Below, piece by piece: positions 6,407 to 9,588 of a stretch of 9,588 bases of DNA. Location of the stretch: positions 37,777 through 47,364 of the forward strand of contig CAZDOL010000002.1 of assembly GCA_964507075.1 (NCBI GenBank). The letters are read 5' to 3'. The translations under genes and the position numbers were made by a program. Origin of the DNA: an uncultured Gammaproteobacteria bacterium. Its GTDB lineage: Bacteria > Patescibacteriota > Patescibacteriia > UBA2591 > UBA6264. Each line of letters starts with the position of its first letter. Positions within the stretch are counted from its first letter, which is position 1. The notes below the pieces were generated by a model, which was not told where the DNA came from, searched no databases, and saw only the letters and a program-made list of their open reading frames with translations.

Positions 6407-6434
6407 AAAATTGACATATATATGTCAATTTTTT
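6407..6434. terminator. 26-nt perfect AT-rich palindrome AAAATTGACATAT/ATATGTCAATTTT, bidirectional terminator-like
   Basis: 6407-6432 is self-complementary, with A4 on the left and T6 on the right (to 6434). It lies between convergent genes. The stem has only two G:C pairs, so intrinsic-terminator strength is doubtful. Confidence 0.35.
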
Positions 6435-6455
6435 AGTGAAAAACCAACCCGTGAA

Positions 6456-6490
6456 ATGACTAACCCGTCGGGTTGTTCATTTTATTTCTA
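6456..6490 (+). terminator. hairpin plus T-rich tail, candidate intrinsic terminator for the plus-strand rmlC-rmlB-peptidase unit
   Basis: ATGACTAACCC-gtc-GGGTTGTTCAT (6456-6480) gives an 11-position stem with one mismatch and one G:U, followed directly by TTTATTTCT. Confidence 0.45.
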
Positions 6491-6538
6491 GATGACAAAC
6501 CCGTCGGGTTTGTCATAAGGTTGGTCATTTTATTTCTA
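6471..6538. repeat. 20-nt direct repeat GGTTG(T/G)TCATTTTATTTCTA at 6471-6490 and 6519-6538 (19/20, period 48)
   Basis: The second copy contains the last four codons and the stop codon of the PBP gene (reverse complement ...ATAGAAATAAAATGA). The first copy is a non-coding duplicate 48 nt further downstream of that gene. Confidence 0.8.
6492..6516 (-). terminator. perfect 11-bp hairpin 8 nt downstream of the PBP stop codon (candidate terminator/3' stabiliser)
   Basis: ATGACAAACCC-gtc-GGGTTTGTCAT is fully self-complementary. On the minus strand no U-run follows it (CTAGAAATAAAA), so it is not a canonical intrinsic terminator. Confidence 0.4.
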
Positions 6539-9446
6539 TTTGGATTTTGTCGGTTGTTAGCGTTTCTCCGTTGATGTCAATTATTTCTGCCCATATTTTA
6601 TGTATTCCAATGTTGGCCATAGGCCAAGAGAAATTTATTGTTCCAGCGCTTTCGGGCGAAAAGATAGTTCCCAATAAATTAATTTTTGTTGATTGTTGGT
6701 TAAAGAATTTAATTTTTTGAACTTTTAAAACAGGAATAATCAAAGAAAGGTTAATGGGAAAATCTTTTTGAGTAATTATTTGTCCTTGAGTGGGTTTTAT
6801 CCAGTCTATTTCCATAGTAAATGATTTTGTGGTGTTTATCCAAACTTCTTGGGACTTGTGGTTGTCAATGTCGTCAAGGGCAGAAATTTTAATTTTGTGC
6901 GTTCCCGCGTTCAATCCTGATAGATTTATTTCACAACTTCTCATTTCTTCTTGTCCAGCGTTTTCTTCTTTAATTTCAATAATGTCCAATACTATATTAT
7001 CTATGGAACATTTTATTTTTTTTACTCCTCGTTTTGATGAGGCCTTAATATCAATTCTTAATATTTGTTGGCTAATTTCTTCTCCATTTGATGGAGAGAG
7101 AATAGTAAGAAAAGGTTCATTAGCTGGAATGTGTAAATTGTCGTATTCTATGGGTGGAGCCCCTAGTTGGTCAGGGTTTTCATTGAGCCATTTAGCAATT
7201 CCTTCTTGCCAACGCTTATATTGGGGGTCTAAAGAAGGATTGTGTGGTACGGGACCTTGAGGATCATTTTTATCTATATAATTTAGAATAGAATAATAAT
7301 TTTGAAAAGTTTTTTCTTCTACAAAAGATATTGGAGTTAATTCAGTTGCTAATTTTTGAGATGCTTTGTCAATCTTAATGGTAATAGTGTCTTCGGGAAT
7401 TTTTCCATTGAGAATAGGTTTATCAATTTGAATTTCTTCTGGTTCATTGAATTTTTTGGCTGGTGTATTAGCTAAAACTTTTTGCATAAATTCATTCCAA
7501 ATGGGCGCAGCCAAAGTGGACCCATCTGCTTTGCCCGTCATAATCTGATTGTCATTATTTCCTACCCATACTCCAGCAACTAAATCTGGCGTATAGCCGA
7601 CAGTCCATGCATCTCTAGAATTGTTGGTTGTTCCAGTTTTGGCGGCCACAGGGCGATCAGCTAAAGTGAGCGCGCTTTTTTCTCCAAAGATATAACTACG
7701 GGCTTGGTTATCAGATAAAATATCATTTATTTGACGAGCAGTTTGTACAGACATCACTTGTTGTGATTCTATAAATTGGGTATTAGTTTCTTCTAATATT
7801 TTTCCCTGATCATTTTCTACTTTTAAAATGCAAGTAGTGGGTATTTTTTTCCCTTCTCGTGCAAAAATGCCGAAGGCGGCTGTATGTTCTAAAAGTTTAA
7901 CCTCTCCGCCTCCCAAAACTAAAGAAAGCCCATAACGATCAGAATCAGTAAGAGTTGTGTATCCCATTTTTTGAGCCAGGTCAAGGGAATTTGAAATGCC
8001 AGTAAGATAGAGTGTTTTAACACCAGGAATATTTAAAGAACCAGCTAAAGCCTTGCGGATAGTTACTGGGCCATGATATTTTTCATTATAATTTTTAGGG
8101 ATATAGTCTTTATCTCCGGCTGGGCCAAAATTAGTTTCCACATCAAAAAGAACGGTTTCGGGCGTAAGTCCTTTTTCAAAAGCTGCGGCATATACAATGG
8201 GTTTAAAAGAAGAGCCAGGCTGACGATTAGAGGTGACAATGTTTACTTGTCCATCAATTTTTTGGTTAAAGAAATCTTTAGAACCTACCCAAGAAAGGAC
8301 CTCTCCACTTTTAATATCAATACTTATTAAAGCCGCATTTGAAGCATTAAAAACTTCTTCGTTTCTTTCGGCGCGTTGAGTAATTATTTTTTCAGCAATA
8401 TCTTGTTGATTTGCGTCTAAAGTAGTAATAACCTTTAATCCACCTTGCTCTACCTGTCTTTGTCCATATTTTTCAATCAATTGTTTTTTGACGTACATAA
8501 CAAAATGCGGAGCAATAATATTTTCGCGCCGAAGGACTATTTTTTCTAAGGTATCTATACTTTGAGCTTGTTCTAAAAGTTCATTATTAATATATCCTTC
8601 CTGAGCCATTGTTTTCAGGACAAAATTTCGACGTTGGATCAATTCTTCTTTGTTGTCTCCATAAGGAGAGTAGTAGGTGGTGGCTTTGGTTATTGCTGCC
8701 AAAAGCGCTGATTCGTCAAGGGTTAAATTACGGGCTGATTTATTGAAATAAATTTGGCTTGCCGCTTCAATTCCATAAGCATTTGACCCATAAGGAATTT
8801 CATTAAAATACATTTGTAAAATTTCTTTTTTAGAGAATTTTTTTTCAATTTGATAAGCCAGCAATAATTCTTTTATTTTACGGATATATGTTTTTTCTGA
8901 TGTCAAGAAAGCATTTTTCACGAATTGTTGAGTGAGAGTTGACCCTCCTTGCACTTTGCCGCCTTGTAATATGTCAATGATTATAGAACGTACAATAGCT
9001 TGTAGGTCAAATCCCGGATGTTGGAAGAAATCTTTATCCTCAACAACAATAGTGGCATAAATTAAATTTTGAGGAATTTCCGACAAGTCAATCATAGTTC
9101 TTTTTTCGCTGTCAAATATTTCATAAAGCACAACCTTGCCGGTTCGGTCATATATTTTAGTGCTTTGGGCGATTTCTCTTTGAAAAAGTTTGTCAGGTTG
9201 GGGCAGATTATGGTTAACCCAAGCAAATACTACTGTTACTAAGGCGCTGCACAGTAAAAATAAGAATAAAGCCACAATTAAAATTTTTTTCCCTAATTTA
9301 TGAGAAGATTTTATTTTTTTTTTTGAAATTAAAGTCCTTCTTTTCCAAGTCCTTGTTTTTCTTTTTCTATGGAGAGGAACTTTTTTAGGAGATTTTGTGA
9401 TTGGTCTCTTTTGCCAATTTTTATTTTTTCTTTTTTTCTTTAACAT
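6525..9446 (-). CDS. class A penicillin-binding protein (PBP1A-type bifunctional glycosyltransferase/transpeptidase, ponA/mrcA-like) with C-terminal Ig-like extension
   Basis: GT51 motifs: EDKDFFQHPGFD, GGSTLTQQFVKN, RKIKELLLAYQIEKKFSKKEIL. Transpeptidase motifs: SSFK (SxxK), SLN (SxN), KTGTT (KTG). One TM helix follows a roughly 55-aa K/R-rich tail. About 300 extra C-terminal residues include two Ig-like repeats. Confidence 0.93.
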   Translation of the reverse strand: MLKKKRKNKNWQKRPITKSPKKVPLHRKRKTRTWKRRTLISKKKIKSSHKLGKKILIVALFLFLLCSALVTVVFAWVNHNLPQPDKLFQREIAQSTKIYDRTGKVVLYEIFDSEKRTMIDLSEIPQNLIYATIVVEDKDFFQHPGFDLQAIVRSIIIDILQGGKVQGGSTLTQQFVKNAFLTSEKTYIRKIKELLLAYQIEKKFSKKEILQMYFNEIPYGSNAYGIEAASQIYFNKSARNLTLDESALLAAITKATTYYSPYGDNKEELIQRRNFVLKTMAQEGYINNELLEQAQSIDTLEKIVLRRENIIAPHFVMYVKKQLIEKYGQRQVEQGGLKVITTLDANQQDIAEKIITQRAERNEEVFNASNAALISIDIKSGEVLSWVGSKDFFNQKIDGQVNIVTSNRQPGSSFKPIVYAAAFEKGLTPETVLFDVETNFGPAGDKDYIPKNYNEKYHGPVTIRKALAGSLNIPGVKTLYLTGISNSLDLAQKMGYTTLTDSDRYGLSLVLGGGEVKLLEHTAAFGIFAREGKKIPTTCILKVENDQGKILEETNTQFIESQQVMSVQTARQINDILSDNQARSYIFGEKSALTLADRPVAAKTGTTNNSRDAWTVGYTPDLVAGVWVGNNDNQIMTGKADGSTLAAPIWNEFMQKVLANTPAKKFNEPEEIQIDKPILNGKIPEDTITIKIDKASQKLATELTPISFVEEKTFQNYYSILNYIDKNDPQGPVPHNPSLDPQYKRWQEGIAKWLNENPDQLGAPPIEYDNLHIPANEPFLTILSPSNGEEISQQILRIDIKASSKRGVKKIKCSIDNIVLDIIEIKEENAGQEEMRSCEINLSGLNAGTHKIKISALDDIDNHKSQEVWINTTKSFTMEIDWIKPTQGQIITQKDFPINLSLIIPVLKVQKIKFFNQQSTKINLLGTIFSPESAGTINFSWPMANIGIHKIWAEIIDINGETLTTDKIQIEIK

Positions 9447-9487
9447 ATTGAATTTTTTAATTTTTTTACTGTGAGTAAAGCGAACAG

Positions 9488-9588
9488 CAAGGTTCTCGCC
9501 ATGGGCGAGGTTCTTATAATTAAATTACCTTAATTTATATACAATAAATATTTAATTTCAAGGTTCTCGCCATGGGCGAGGTTCTTAT
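9488..9588. repeat. two identical 30-nt direct repeats CAAGGTTCTCGCCATGGGCGAGGTTCTTAT (9488-9517, 9559-9588), 41-nt AT-rich spacer; REP-like hairpin pair or truncated edge of a CRISPR array
   Basis: The two copies are 30/30 identical with a period of 71 nt. The core hairpin is CTCGCC-atg-GGCGAG. The second copy ends exactly at the window boundary, so the true repeat length and copy number are unknown. Confidence 0.8.

Noticed and set aside
6423-6428. Minus-strand promoter using TTGACA of the AT palindrome to drive an RNA across 6326-6390
   Set aside because: With 16-18 nt spacers the candidate -10 positions read AACGTG, ACGTGT or CGTGTT, so there is no TAnnnT-like hexamer.
6790-7260. 156-aa plus-strand ORF inside the PBP C-terminal region
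   Set aside because: It lies entirely antisense to the PBP reading frame, which has continuous family-consistent translation. The S/L/I/F-rich product has no motif. Most likely it is a chance open frame.
8073-8330. 85-aa plus-strand ORF inside the PBP transpeptidase region
   Set aside because: It is antisense to the region encoding the SSFK active-site motif of the PBP, and its composition is that of a shadow frame.
1-9588. Possible alternative genetic code (UGA recoded, as in some candidate phyla)
   Set aside because: lspA, mltG, rmlB and the PBP all terminate at TGA with lengths and C-termini typical of their families. No family-conserved region is interrupted by in-frame TGA. The standard code fits.
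1-9588. Defence island, prophage or mobile element content
   Set aside because: Every sizeable ORF has a housekeeping cell-envelope assignment or is a single orphan membrane protein. There is no integrase, transposase, nuclease/ATPase pair, toxin-antitoxin pair, cas gene or tRNA attachment site visible. Claiming a novel system from the gene content would be unsupported.

Overview
This is an AT-rich bacterial chromosomal segment using the standard genetic code (TAA, TAG and TGA all end full-length, family-typical proteins). It reads as a housekeeping cell-envelope neighbourhood, not an obvious accessory island. The plus strand carries an orphan membrane-anchored protein (161-1294), a DksA/TraR zinc-finger protein overlapping lspA, a 58-aa polybasic ORF missing from the ORF track (2277-2453), mltG, a GtrA-family protein, a short RmlC-like epimerase, rmlB and a membrane-anchored C39-like peptidase. 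The minus strand carries a 973-aa class A penicillin-binding protein with a polybasic N-terminal tail and tandem Ig-like C-terminal domains. The composition, tight gene packing (ATGA overlaps) and absence of Shine-Dalgarno motifs fit a reduced-genome uncultivated lineage such as Patescibacteria/CPR, but that placement is inference only. I found no cas genes, transposase, integrase, toxin or recognisable defence system, and I do not claim one. What stays unexplained lies in the long non-coding stretches (1-160, 1295-1452, 6317-6524, 9447-9588). There is a mirror-image promoter/start module loaded with TTGACATT octamers, and several unrelated GC-rich hairpin units, mostly locally duplicated, set in almost pure A/T spacer DNA. 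One of these is a pair of identical 30-nt repeats cut by the window end, which could be a CRISPR edge but more likely is not. All functional readings of these elements are hypotheses that need transcript mapping and genome-wide copy searches.
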